Part shown: piece after piece, positions 16,767-24,988 of the stretch | Layout: each line of letters begins with the position of its first letter | Numbering within the stretch: the stretch's first letter is position 1 | DNA from: a virus | Length of the DNA stretch: 64,000 bases | Strand: one strand, 5' to 3' | Virus record (IMG/VR): IMGVR_UViG_3300044857_000313 | Span: 1 to 64,000 of that record | The notes under the pieces: generated by a model | The model's input: the letters and a program-made list of their open reading frames with translations, nothing else | What the model was told of the DNA's origin: nothing | Database searches by the model: none | Made by a program: the position numbers and the translations under genes

Positions 16767-19400
16767 TTATGCAAAGCAGTATTTGCTGTTTATCACCTCA
16801 TCAAGATTTAAATTTCCTTTTGTTGGAAGTTCAGGTACTTCTTTATTCGAGGGTAAAAGATATTCTACATCATCCAGCCATTCTTCTAAATAATTATGTC
16901 CTTTGTACATGTTGACTAATTCGGTGCGGATCGCCTTAAATATGCTCCCTGCGTGTTCCATATCTGTACCAAAGCTGTCATGAATCATAAAGAAATTATT
17001 GTTCCCCTTTTCTGCCTGATTCATGATAACTCGTTGCATGTGACAAGCATCCATAGAGTGGATAAAGTTCGGTGCGATTGCTTGTGCTTGTCCTCGTGTG
17101 TCTATATCTGTACCCTCTTTAGGGACGTATAAGCGAATGAAACCCCCATTAAAGCGCATCTTACATGTTTCAATATTAGGTACAAACTTGTTCTGTTGAA
17201 TCGGTAAGCCATTTGGGCTTGTCCATGCTACAGCCTCTCCGTTCTTACCAACCATGCCTGCAATCTTTTTCAGCCACTCCATCCCTTCAACAGCCTTTAC
17301 AACCGTTGTGGTTACAGCATCCCAAATAAGACCTGCCATGTAGTTTGCGGCCTGTGAGCGACTCAAGAAAATCGTGTTGTCTTTATGTTCGTCAATCCAT
17401 GGCTTGATAATGTCGCTCTTGAGATTTTCGGAGAATCCATATTTACGGCTTCCATAGGCAAGAGTCATGACGGAGCGTTTGCACACTTTACGCTTGATAC
17501 CATCTGTACCAAACTTTTGTTGTGCATAAGACAACCATTCTGTAGCCAACTCTTTTGTACCGTACACAATGCACTTTTTACCGTTGCTGTCAAGTACATA
17601 TTCGCCATTTTTTTTGTCTTTTTTGTAGTCGTCTGCCGTCCCTGTAATGACATCTTGATGTAAGACAACATTCACCTTATCCGCTACAACTTGATAAATG
17701 TCATGGACGGTTTCGTCGGGAATTAGATTAACGTTCTTGCCCCCTATTTCATCGGCGAGGAGCATGGAGAAATGTTGTAAGCCTGAGCAGGTTCCGTCAA
17801 AGCTGATAGGAAGACCCGACTTGAATCCCACAGCAGACCCGTCATGATCAGATTGATAGACACGGAGTCTTTCAAATTCAAAACAGAAGGCCAGAAATTC
17901 CATGGGACTCTCATCGCCTGCCACTTCGTCCCACCATGTATACGTTAAAGGGGAAGCGGCGCTCTGTAAAATGTTGTCTTCATTATCAAGTACCCATTGG
18001 ATACGGTCATCAAAGGGAATCTTGTCAAGACCTGCAAAGCCTGCGCCTGCAATGTAAAACCACTTGAGGGCTTCGTTACTTGACAAGGGTGTTGGCTCCG
18101 CAAAGAGGAGTAAGGCTTTCTGTGTGTCGTCCCCCTGCGGATTCAAGGCAGGACACATAGGGTATATACGTCCTCTATAGTCTAAGTTCCATGGGAAGTA
18201 GATTTTTTCATACTTGCTGTACTTCTTTGCACAGCCTAAAGAGGTATTTGTTCTAAGCACCTTGGATGCTCTAGCTCTTTCATGCTTGTAATAAGCAACA
18301 AGACGTTTTTTATGAGCTTCAAGTTCTTCGGGTGTCGGGTCAATCAAATGTGGAATTTTGGGCGTTTCGTCCGTTCTGGGAAGGCCCCCTAAGCCCCCAT
18401 GGTTCTCCATAATAGACGCCATGGTATTAAGGATTCTTTCGTTGATTATAAAAGGTGTTGACTGTAAAGCATTAACGCACTTGAAAAGCCATGTTAAGTC
18501 AAGCTGTTCACACTTTTCTAAATACTGTGTCATATAAACATTATGTTGGTTAAAGTTGGCACGGATAAAATGAGCAAAAAGAGCATTTGCACCATAATAA
18601 GCGCCTTCCCATACACTGCTCCACGGTTTAGGGGGTACGACACAGGGATTGAATTTATATGTATTTAAAGCAAGCATATCAATACTTTTTTCCCATGTTT
18701 CTACAAGCCAGTCGACGGCCTTTAAGACTTTACGCTGTCCTAGTTTACCGTTTTTGTTTTCTGCTTCTGTTTTGTACTCAAAGTAGTCACTACCTTTTAA
18801 AACCGCATCCACTAAGACAAGGAGCAATTTATATAAATTGGTAGTGTCTAATTCTTGCGGTGAAAATCCCATAGCTTTATAAGCTTTATGGGCATATTGT
18901 ACTTTGTATTCTTTTTGACCTCGATGTTTCAAACCATCTTCAAAAAAGGCTCCGTCCTGCCGTGTGGCATTTTTTAAGTATTCGTAACTTGTTACTTCTT
19001 CCCTAAAATCGTCCGCAAGCCCATCCATAAAGCAATCAAGGTATGTATAAGTATCGCCTGCGCTATGTAAGACAGCACCAATAAGCGTATTTAAAATTGT
19101 GGTGACACTCATTTTAATTAGTGTGTCTTCATCCCCTTCATAAAGGGCCTTGAGTTGGTTTACAACCCCTTGATATTTTGGCACTACTCCCCTTTTTTTC
19201 TGAGGAAATAAAACGTTTTTCACGTTGTCATAGCAATCAGAAAATACATGTTCCATTAATTTGCTTCCTACTTTTGTTTCTCCTGCTTTACCATCTAAGG
19301 CCGCTTGAGCATAAGTAGCTTTTAATACCTGTTCCGCTAACTGTTTCGATTCTTTTTCAAGTGCTAATTGTTCTTGTAAAGTACCCTTGATTTTTTTCAT
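16767..19400 (-). CDS. single-subunit DNA-directed RNA polymerase (T7 gp1-like), copy A
   Basis: T7 RNAP C-terminal motifs AIAPNFIHSMDA, FFMIHDSFGT, LPTKGNLNLDEV..KYCFA; start aligned with copy B MEKIKGTLQEQ (ORF open to 19406). Confidence 0.95.
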   Translation of the reverse strand: MKKIKGTLQEQLALEKESKQLAEQVLKATYAQAALDGKAGETKVGSKLMEHVFSDCYDNVKNVLFPQKKRGVVPKYQGVVNQLKALYEGDEDTLIKMSVTTILNTLIGAVLHSAGDTYTYLDCFMDGLADDFREEVTSYEYLKNATRQDGAFFEDGLKHRGQKEYKVQYAHKAYKAMGFSPQELDTTNLYKLLLVLVDAVLKGSDYFEYKTEAENKNGKLGQRKVLKAVDWLVETWEKSIDMLALNTYKFNPCVVPPKPWSSVWEGAYYGANALFAHFIRANFNQHNVYMTQYLEKCEQLDLTWLFKCVNALQSTPFIINERILNTMASIMENHGGLGGLPRTDETPKIPHLIDPTPEELEAHKKRLVAYYKHERARASKVLRTNTSLGCAKKYSKYEKIYFPWNLDYRGRIYPMCPALNPQGDDTQKALLLFAEPTPLSSNEALKWFYIAGAGFAGLDKIPFDDRIQWVLDNEDNILQSAASPLTYTWWDEVAGDESPMEFLAFCFEFERLRVYQSDHDGSAVGFKSGLPISFDGTCSGLQHFSMLLADEIGGKNVNLIPDETVHDIYQVVADKVNVVLHQDVITGTADDYKKDKKNGEYVLDSNGKKCIVYGTKELATEWLSYAQQKFGTDGIKRKVCKRSVMTLAYGSRKYGFSENLKSDIIKPWIDEHKDNTIFLSRSQAANYMAGLIWDAVTTTVVKAVEGMEWLKKIAGMVGKNGEAVAWTSPNGLPIQQNKFVPNIETCKMRFNGGFIRLYVPKEGTDIDTRGQAQAIAPNFIHSMDACHMQRVIMNQAEKGNNNFFMIHDSFGTDMEHAGSIFKAIRTELVNMYKGHNYLEEWLDDVEYLLPSNKEVPELPTKGNLNLDEVINSKYCFA

Positions 19401-19440
19401 ATGCATTTACTTCCTTTCTTTAAGTGACACATTTTTTATT

Positions 19441-19463
19441 TATTTCGATAGGTGCCACAATTA
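19441..19463 (-). promoter_or_regulatory. phage RNAP promoter, type A, directly upstream of the RNAP gene
   Basis: TAATTGTGGCACCTATC|GAAATA, about 40 nt upstream of RNAP start. Confidence 0.6.
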
Positions 19464-19582
19464 AACTTTTAGGTTGACAAAATATTTGTTAGTATTTTAA
19501 ACATACGTTTGGTGCTTGATTAAAAAATAATAAAGATAGACAGCAATCATCTATCTACGAACACTTGTTCGATACCTAGGGT

Positions 19583-19622
19583 ATAAAAATGGCGTGTCCC
19601 TGCCGTGTTGGTAAAGACACGC
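19583..19622 (-). terminator. GC-rich hairpin plus U-tract between early genes and RNAP gene
   Basis: GGCGUGUC-16 nt-GACACGCC then AUUUUUAUACC; conserved (one mismatch) in arm B at 63584-63624. Confidence 0.45.
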
Positions 19623-19684
19623 CTTGAGTTAGAACAGTTGTTCGATATTCTATTATTGTATCAAACGTTCGTTTGCCTTGCTAG

Positions 19685-19900
19685 TCACAAGAGGTAGAAT
19701 CTAACTCTTTCCCCATCCATGCAAACGAAAAACTGATAATTAGAAACTTCACTCTGAAAGTCGTCGTCTTTCGTGACAAGCTGGCCCCCAATAGCACATG
19801 AGGCTTCATCACTATCATTCCATTCAGTACCCAATAAGAGAACGCTTTTTCCTTGAAGATGTGCTTGCAAGGCTTCTTGTGCTGTGATTTGTTTCATCAT
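19685..19900 (-). CDS. hypothetical early protein (71 aa)
   Basis: ORF with GGGGG SD; no counterpart in the arm B early region within this window. Confidence 0.5.
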   Translation of the reverse strand: MMKQITAQEALQAHLQGKSVLLLGTEWNDSDEASCAIGGQLVTKDDDFQSEVSNYQFFVCMDGERVRFYLL

Positions 19901-19911
19901 GATTATTCCCC

Positions 19912-20007
19912 CTATAAATGCTCAATGTAATTGGCTAGACAACACAGGCCAATAAGGCAGGCGATGTAGACAAGGCCGTCTATTTTGTGCCAGTAGTGTT
20001 TTATCAT
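19912..20007 (-). CDS. possible 31-aa membrane peptide
   Basis: MIKHYWHKIDGLVYIACLIGLCCLANYIEHL, GGAGAAAG SD 5 nt upstream; below ORF-track size cutoff. Confidence 0.3.
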   Translation of the reverse strand: MIKHYWHKIDGLVYIACLIGLCCLANYIEHL

Positions 20008-20084
20008 GGTTCTTTCTCCGTTTCTGCCAGTGTCGCAAGGGACTTTTTACAGCCCCTTGCTTTTTGTACTGGCTAATACAATTT

Positions 20085-20756
20085 CTATCTGTCTCGTCCT
20101 GTCTTGACTAGCATTTTTTCCATGCAGTCACCACAGAGAACATTAGTGTTTTCCTTACCCTTTACGGTTGCACCGCATTTAGGGCAGAAGTATGTAACCG
20201 TTTTAGGGCGTGTTTTCTTGATTTTCTTCTTTGCTTCTCCCTTGAGGGCGAAAAGCGTATGACAAGGAATAAGCAATTCTTTCGGCATGGCCTGAAAAGC
20301 CAGATCAAACGGCCCACCTTCCTTGATATAATGTGTCACATGCTGTCCAGTCCGCTTCCCGTTGGGTGTACCATCGGAAGATGTGATAAGGCCCACGGTT
20401 TCCATTTTTTCCGCAAAGTCCTTATTGTGGTAACAACGCCGTGGCGCGGAGCCGTCATATTCCTGCCACAAGTGACACATTTCGTGAACAAGGGTGCTAT
20501 AAACTTCTTTGTCCGTCCGCTTGCCATCCTTGAGGATGTAATCGGGATTTAGGGCAATTTCGCCCCAATTTTCAATCCCCTTGTCATCCGTCCAAATCGA
20601 CGGGACGTAATAGCCGAACGTGTTACGTTCACGATTGAGGGTAAGCATAACTTGTGGCAGGCTGTCTTTAAACAGCGCTTCATTGAAATAATCAAATGCG
20701 TCTTGCAAAACTTGATACTGTTTTTCGGTTGGTTTAAAAATCATTTTAGGTTCCAT
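20085..20756 (-). CDS. SprT-like zinc metalloprotease-domain protein
   Basis: HEMCHLWQ zinc motif plus C-terminal CPKCG..CGDC ribbon; start set at MEPKMIF with AAGGGAG SD. Confidence 0.6.
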   Translation of the reverse strand: MEPKMIFKPTEKQYQVLQDAFDYFNEALFKDSLPQVMLTLNRERNTFGYYVPSIWTDDKGIENWGEIALNPDYILKDGKRTDKEVYSTLVHEMCHLWQEYDGSAPRRCYHNKDFAEKMETVGLITSSDGTPNGKRTGQHVTHYIKEGGPFDLAFQAMPKELLIPCHTLFALKGEAKKKIKKTRPKTVTYFCPKCGATVKGKENTNVLCGDCMEKMLVKTGRDR

Positions 20757-20775
20757 AATTTTCTCCCTTCTAAAT

Positions 20776-20845
20776 ATGGCTTGTCTCATCGGTAGGCAGG
20801 TTGCCAGCCTTACCTAGACAAGGGATTTTAGTCCCTTGTTTCGAC
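20776..20845 (-). repeat. 70-nt structured leader element, copy 1
   Basis: near-identical 70-nt copy at 21375-21444; each ends 20-27 nt upstream of a start codon. Confidence 0.5.
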
Positions 20846-20847
20846 TC

Positions 20848-21054
20848 TTATTTTTTAATAAAATGCTGTAAAGCGTCTAAAATGTAATACATTTCTCTTG
20901 TTGTTACTCTGTAACTTTCTTCTGTATAACCATTATTTTCGTATTCATGTACAAGCTTTACACCACCATAACCATAATCAAGATAGTATTGTCTTCCTGT
21001 CTGGTGATTGATATTTTTAACCATGTTATCTAAAAATTTATGTGTGATTCTCAT
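20848..21054 (-). CDS. hypothetical early protein (68 aa)
   Basis: ORF in early-gene array. Confidence 0.45.
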   Translation of the reverse strand: MRITHKFLDNMVKNINHQTGRQYYLDYGYGGVKLVHEYENNGYTEESYRVTTREMYYILDALQHFIKK

Positions 21055-21066
21055 GTTAAAGCCCCC

Positions 21067-21348
21067 TTATTTTCTGTAAGCTGAAATCATACCTTCCGTG
21101 AAAAATTTTGCGTATGTCCCTACCTGTCCATAACAGCAGTAATATTCAAAAGCAGAAACATTATCATCAAAACTTTCATATTTCATTGTCTTTTTGTTCA
21201 ATTCATACGATTCTGCCCACATAGAATCAGGATTAAAATTGACAGGGTATAAATAAAGCGTCGCCCCTAATTTAAAATATTGTCTTGCTTGTGCTTTTGA
21301 TACCCTATAAACTGTTTTCCCATTGATTGTTATGGTTTCACTTCTCAT
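21067..21348 (-). CDS. hypothetical early protein (93 aa)
   Basis: ORF in early-gene array. Confidence 0.45.
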   Translation of the reverse strand: MRSETITINGKTVYRVSKAQARQYFKLGATLYLYPVNFNPDSMWAESYELNKKTMKYESFDDNVSAFEYYCCYGQVGTYAKFFTEGMISAYRK

Positions 21349-21374
21349 AATGTGTACCCCTTTCGTTATGTGAA

Positions 21375-21444
21375 ATGGCTTGTCTCATCGGTAGGACGGT
21401 AGCCAGCCGTTCCTAGACAAGGGATTTTAGTCCCTTGTTTCGAC
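21375..21444 (-). repeat. 70-nt structured leader element, copy 2
   Basis: see 20776-20845; a compensatory change in the inner stem distinguishes the copies. Confidence 0.5.
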
Positions 21445-21693
21445 AGCGTTTACAAATTCTTGCCATGCTCTTCTTTCTATCCCGTCACAGATATAGTCAA
21501 GGACGGTATTTCTTTCTACCCTGTCGGGAATTTGAATTGAGAGTAAAAGGCGTAAAATGTTTCGCTTATCAAACCAACCGTCGTTTATACTTTCTAACCT
21601 GTCTAAATTGTTTTCTTTGTAAATGTAGGTTTGAATGTAGGACATTTCATCAATCGTGTTTAAAATCTTTTCTTGTAATCTTTCTTCTAACAT
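21427..21693 (-). CDS. hypothetical early protein (88 aa), first gene after host-type promoters
   Basis: ORF with AGAGAGG SD. Confidence 0.5.
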   Translation of the reverse strand: MLEERLQEKILNTIDEMSYIQTYIYKENNLDRLESINDGWFDKRNILRLLLSIQIPDRVERNTVLDYICDGIERRAWQEFVNAVETRD

Positions 21694-21708
21694 ATGGGCC
21701 TCTCTTTC

Positions 21709-21738
21709 TGTATATCAGTGGATATACACACTAGTTAA
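21709..21738 (-). promoter_or_regulatory. host-type promoter (TTAACT-N18-TATACA) overlapped by palindromic operator O1 (21710-21727)
   Basis: operator GTATATC-AGTG-GATATAC covers spacer and -10. Confidence 0.45.
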
Positions 21739-21785
21739 AAATTTTTAGGGGAGTGTGTTTCTTGTGTTCCCCTTTCGTTGTATAC

Positions 21786-21814
21786 AGTATATCAGTGGAT
21801 ATACATTTTGTCAA
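21786..21814 (-). promoter_or_regulatory. host-type early promoter (TTGACA-N17-TATACT) overlapped by operator O2 (21787-21804)
   Basis: consensus -35, 17-nt spacer; the same 18-bp palindrome as O1 lies over spacer and -10. Confidence 0.6.
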
Positions 21815-21874
21815 GCATTTTTCAAAAGAAATTTTAGAAAGACACACAAAACCGCATTACTAAGCCATTTATTA

Positions 21875-21903
21875 TAGACAACTTTCTCATTTCATGGTAT
21901 GAT
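21875..21903 (+). promoter_or_regulatory. host-type promoter for RHH gene (TAGACA-N17-TATGAT with TG extension)
   Basis: divergent from the early promoters; about 50 nt upstream of the RHH start. Confidence 0.55.
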
Positions 21904-21953
21904 ATGTATATCAAAAGACACACATATATAGAAATAAGAAGGGAGTGAAAAGA

Positions 21954-22112
21954 ATGACAGGCAAAGAAGACAAGCACAAAGATGTAATGATACAAGTACG
22001 TGTACCCAAAGAAGTACGAGACGAGTTTAGACAGTTAGTGGATAAAAAAGCACAGACACAAGCTAAAGTGATCAGACAGTTAATAGAAAGATACATACAA
22101 GATAATAAATAA
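21954..22112 (+). CDS. ribbon-helix-helix (CopG/Arc-like) DNA-binding protein, candidate repressor
   Basis: 52-aa ORF below track cutoff: MTGKEDKHKDVMIQVRVPKEVRDEFRQLVDKKAQTQAKVIRQLIERYIQDNK; GGGAG SD; beta-strand then two helices pattern. Confidence 0.6.
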   Translation: MTGKEDKHKDVMIQVRVPKEVRDEFRQLVDKKAQTQAKVIRQLIERYIQDNK

Positions 22113-22120
22113 AGACACAA

Positions 22121-22166
22121 AAAGGCCCCACACAAGCGTAAATGCTCATGTAGGGCCTTTTATTTA
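22121..22166. terminator. bidirectional hairpin terminator between convergent genes
   Basis: AAAGGCCC..24 nt..GGGCCTTT then TTATTT on plus; A-run on the other side. Confidence 0.55.
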
Positions 22167-22167
22167 T

Positions 22168-22491
22168 CTATCTATCATGTTTTTGATTAAAGACAACATT
22201 ATTCATATTTTCTATTGTTCTTAATTGTGATGTATCTTTATCAAGCATATCTAAATATATACATATCTCTTCTAAATAATGATTTTCTAATGATATTTTA
22301 AATAAATTAAGTATTGTCATTATTAAAGCTACATCAAGTTTGTTGTCTTTATTATTGATTGTGTATAAAGCATAAACACAAGCAACCTCTAATAAATAAA
22401 AATGTTGTTTCATCTTTACATATTTAAAGTAAGTCACAAAAAGAAGGAATAAAGTTAATAGAAGACACGCAATAATTATTTTGTTCACCAT
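22168..22491 (-). CDS. AT-rich membrane protein (moron-like)
   Basis: N-terminal TM IIIACLLLTLFLLFVTYF; visibly lower GC than the rest; start set at MVNKII with AAGGGAG SD. Confidence 0.5.
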   Translation of the reverse strand: MVNKIIIACLLLTLFLLFVTYFKYVKMKQHFYLLEVACVYALYTINNKDNKLDVALIMTILNLFKISLENHYLEEICIYLDMLDKDTSQLRTIENMNNVVFNQKHDR

Positions 22492-22615
22492 TTCCAACAC
22501 TCCCTTTATGATATTTTATATCCCTATCATATCATAAATATCTATGTGTGTCTTTGTGTCTTCTCATCGTACTTATTATGTACTATACAGTGTGATTGTA
22601 GCGACGACTACAAGG

Positions 22616-22655
22616 ATACTAAGAGGTACTAAGAGAGTCTAAGAGGTACTAAGTG
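22616..22655. repeat. four tandem 10-bp repeats (ATACTAAGAG GTACTAAGAG AGTCTAAGAG GTACTAAGTG)
   Basis: read directly; related TCTAAGCG x2 at about 23154-23171. Confidence 0.6.
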
Positions 22656-22888
22656 ATACCGTAAAGATACCAACAGATGACAGAACACATGTAAAACCAC
22701 GATTGAACAAAATTTCAAAACACAACGGATAACCATGCACACCCATGCACACCCCTTCACAAACATATGAACAATCATTCATATATAAAATAAAACAGAT
22801 ACAGTTGATTCAGTTAACTATCTAAAAAACACCCTACATACTTACACGGTTCCGTGTGTATCATATAAAAATCATATGTAAACACGTA

Positions 22889-22917
22889 TTTACAAGCACT
22901 TTATAAGCACGTATAAT
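22889..22917 (+). promoter_or_regulatory. strong host-type promoter (TTTACA-N17-TATAAT) facing the integrase gene
   Basis: perfect -10; spacer contains AGCAC-N6-AGCAC, a motif recurring at 24299 and 24451. Confidence 0.55.
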
Positions 22918-23194
22918 GTTGGTAGAGCTTGATAGTAAGTGATGTAGGGTATTATAAATTGTAATGGCCGATACAATAAGGGCTGGCTAGGTTGCCATGG
23001 TGTGCAATAAGAGCGGAAAAGACTGAAAATGTACTAGAGGTACTGTGAAGATGTGAAGCGGCCGAAACGAAGGCCATACGGGGGAAAGCGGAACTCGAAG
23101 CCCGACACGTAAGGCCTCACAGATTTTTTAGAATTTTTAAAGTCCGAAGCGTATCTAAGCGATTCTAAGCGTACCCGAAAGGAGAAGACACACA

Positions 23195-24298
23195 ATGCCA
23201 AGAACACGACAAAGACGAAATAAGGGTGAAGGTTCGATAACCAAGACACCCAATGGGAAGTACAAAGCCACCATCACGATTGGAGTGGGTATTGATGGCA
23301 AGCAAAAGAGGAAGTCGGTAACAAGAGACACCAAGCGAGAAGTCATCGACGCCATCACGGAAATAAGACACAAATATAATATAGGTGATGTATCAAAGGG
23401 TGTGTCTAAGAGCGTCAAGGACGTTTGTGATGAGTTTTTAGACACCAAGGAACAGAAACTCACTGTGTCCTCTTTCGTGTCTTACAAAATGCACATCAAG
23501 GCATTTAAAGAGGTGTTTGGAAATATGATGATGGAAAATATAACAAAGACCATGATTGAGGATTACTTTAAGTCCCTGTCCCCTCATCATTATAAACCAA
23601 CTACCTTAAAGACCAAGAAGGCTATATTGTCTATCTTCTTTAGAGAAGCAAAGAAGGCAGGGTATATCAAAGAGAATATAATGGAGACAGCCAGTATCCC
23701 TATCAAGCGTGTCTTACCCAAGGCATCTACTATGATACTCCCCACTCCTGAACAGTTCCATAGGATACTAGAGGAAGCGGAAAAGTATGCCCATTGGTAT
23801 TATGTGCTCCTCTATTTTGCCTCTGTTACAGGAATGAGACGAGGAGAACTTTTAGGATTGAAATGGGACTGTGTGGATAAAGACACCAAGACGATCAGAA
23901 TTAATAATCAAATAAACATCAAGGGTGTAGACAGTCCATTAAAGACCCCTGCGGCCTATCGGACAATTCATGTCACCCCAAAGGCTTTTGAGGAGCTAGA
24001 CACACTGCCACATGAAGGAGCTTATGTTTTTTCGCGTCCCAAAGCCCCTACAAGGCCTGTTACAAGAGCTATGGTGTCTTTGGCTACCAACAGGGTATTT
24101 AAGGCCGCTGAGGCCCCAAAGGGATTTACTTTTCATGATGTAAGACATTATCACGCAACACAGCTTTTAAAGCATGGTATTAACCCAAAGGTTGTCAGTA
24201 GGAGATTAGGACACACATCGGTAGTTACTACCCTCAACATCTACTTTAATTATCTCCCCAGTATGGACGAAGAGGCCAGTGTTGTCTTAGACACGTAA
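23195..24298 (+). CDS. int: tyrosine integrase
   Basis: 367-aa ORF; N-terminal SAM-like arm domain, catalytic region TGMRRGE..HDVRHYHAT..LGHTSVVTTLNIY (R..HxxR..Y). Confidence 0.9.
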   Translation: MPRTRQRRNKGEGSITKTPNGKYKATITIGVGIDGKQKRKSVTRDTKREVIDAITEIRHKYNIGDVSKGVSKSVKDVCDEFLDTKEQKLTVSSFVSYKMHIKAFKEVFGNMMMENITKTMIEDYFKSLSPHHYKPTTLKTKKAILSIFFREAKKAGYIKENIMETASIPIKRVLPKASTMILPTPEQFHRILEEAEKYAHWYYVLLYFASVTGMRRGELLGLKWDCVDKDTKTIRINNQINIKGVDSPLKTPAAYRTIHVTPKAFEELDTLPHEGAYVFSRPKAPTRPVTRAMVSLATNRVFKAAEAPKGFTFHDVRHYHATQLLKHGINPKVVSRRLGHTSVVTTLNIYFNYLPSMDEEASVVLDT

Positions 24299-24463
24299 GT
24301 GCTTATAAGGTGCTTATATGAGAAATAGACACGAGTACATGAAATTATAAATGGCTAAAAATAGCGGTTTTCCTCTGTTCTTAGCTATTTATAATTTTAT
24401 TCCATATTCTATCAAGAATAAGACAACCATGCTGTTTATAAGATATGTGAGTGCTTATAGGTG

Positions 24464-24706
24464 CTAAAGGGTAATACTTGTGTCTATCGAGTGGCGCAAG
24501 AACTCGTATAGACCTTTGCGGTGTATTCTCCAATGAGTACCTATCTTAAATGCTTTCAAGGATTCATTATAGCACAAGGCGTAAACAGTAGACAAGGGAA
24601 CTCCTAGCATCTCTGAAACTTCTTTAGGAGAGAAGGTAAGGCGAGTGTCCCATTTATGAGAAGGAGTTGAGGTGAAACCATCAACATCAATACTTAAATA
24701 GGCCAT
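24464..24706 (-). CDS. xis: excisionase-like helix-turn-helix protein
   Basis: FSPKEVSEMLGVPLSTVYALCYNESLKAFKIGTHWRI typical of the Xis/HTH_17 family; convergent with int. Confidence 0.55.
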   Translation of the reverse strand: MAYLSIDVDGFTSTPSHKWDTRLTFSPKEVSEMLGVPLSTVYALCYNESLKAFKIGTHWRIHRKGLYEFLRHSIDTSITL

Positions 24707-24846
24707 AAGGCTCCTTTCGTAGACTAAAGGAAATCTTAGTAGACTTGAGATATGAAAAAATAGTAAGAAGCTTTAAGAATCTCTTTCTTTGATTTATCAT
24801 CATCATCAACAATCATCATTAAAGAATCTCTAGTCCCATATCTGTC

Positions 24847-24893
24847 ATAATAATAAAATATGAGGTTCTAGTCAGAACCGACTAGAACCTCAT
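24847..24893 (-). terminator. strong hairpin terminator downstream of terL-distal phage promoters
   Basis: perfect 14-bp stem AUGAGGUUCUAGUC-GGUUCU-GACUAGAACCUCAU then AUUUUAUUAUUAU. Confidence 0.65.
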
Positions 24894-24930
24894 AGATTCT
24901 ATTAGATACTATATATACTTTTCGTCTCTT

Positions 24931-24953
24931 TTCTTCGGTTGGTGCCACAATTA
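24931..24953 (-). promoter_or_regulatory. phage RNAP promoter-like site, type A core (TAATTGTGGCACCAACC|GAAGAA)
   Basis: shares -17..-5 with arm A promoters; just after terL stop. Confidence 0.5.
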
Positions 24954-24957
24954 ATTT

Positions 24958-24980
24958 TTTGTTTAATGGTGCCACAATTA
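24958..24980 (-). promoter_or_regulatory. phage RNAP promoter-like site, type A core, divergent -4..+1
   Basis: TAATTGTGGCACCATTA|AAC. Confidence 0.35.
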
Positions 24981-24988
24981 ATTTCTGT

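Noticed and set aside
21911-22135. 74-aa minus-strand ORF opposite the RHH gene
   Set aside because: Its product is hydrophobic, Cys/Leu-rich and low-complexity. It is antisense to a plus-strand ORF that has a strong promoter, an SD, an RHH-like sequence and a terminator.
22501-23194. Claiming this as a defined attP core or a prophage/host junction
   Set aside because: No bacterial gene or tRNA fragment is recognisable anywhere in the window, so integration cannot be shown from this sequence. I report it only as a candidate region.
23034-23463. Minus-strand ORFs 23034..23249, 23155..23463 and 23165..23371 near the start of int
   Set aside because: They overlap the integrase 5' end and its leader, overlap one another in different frames, and have no ribosome-binding sites or recognisable domains.
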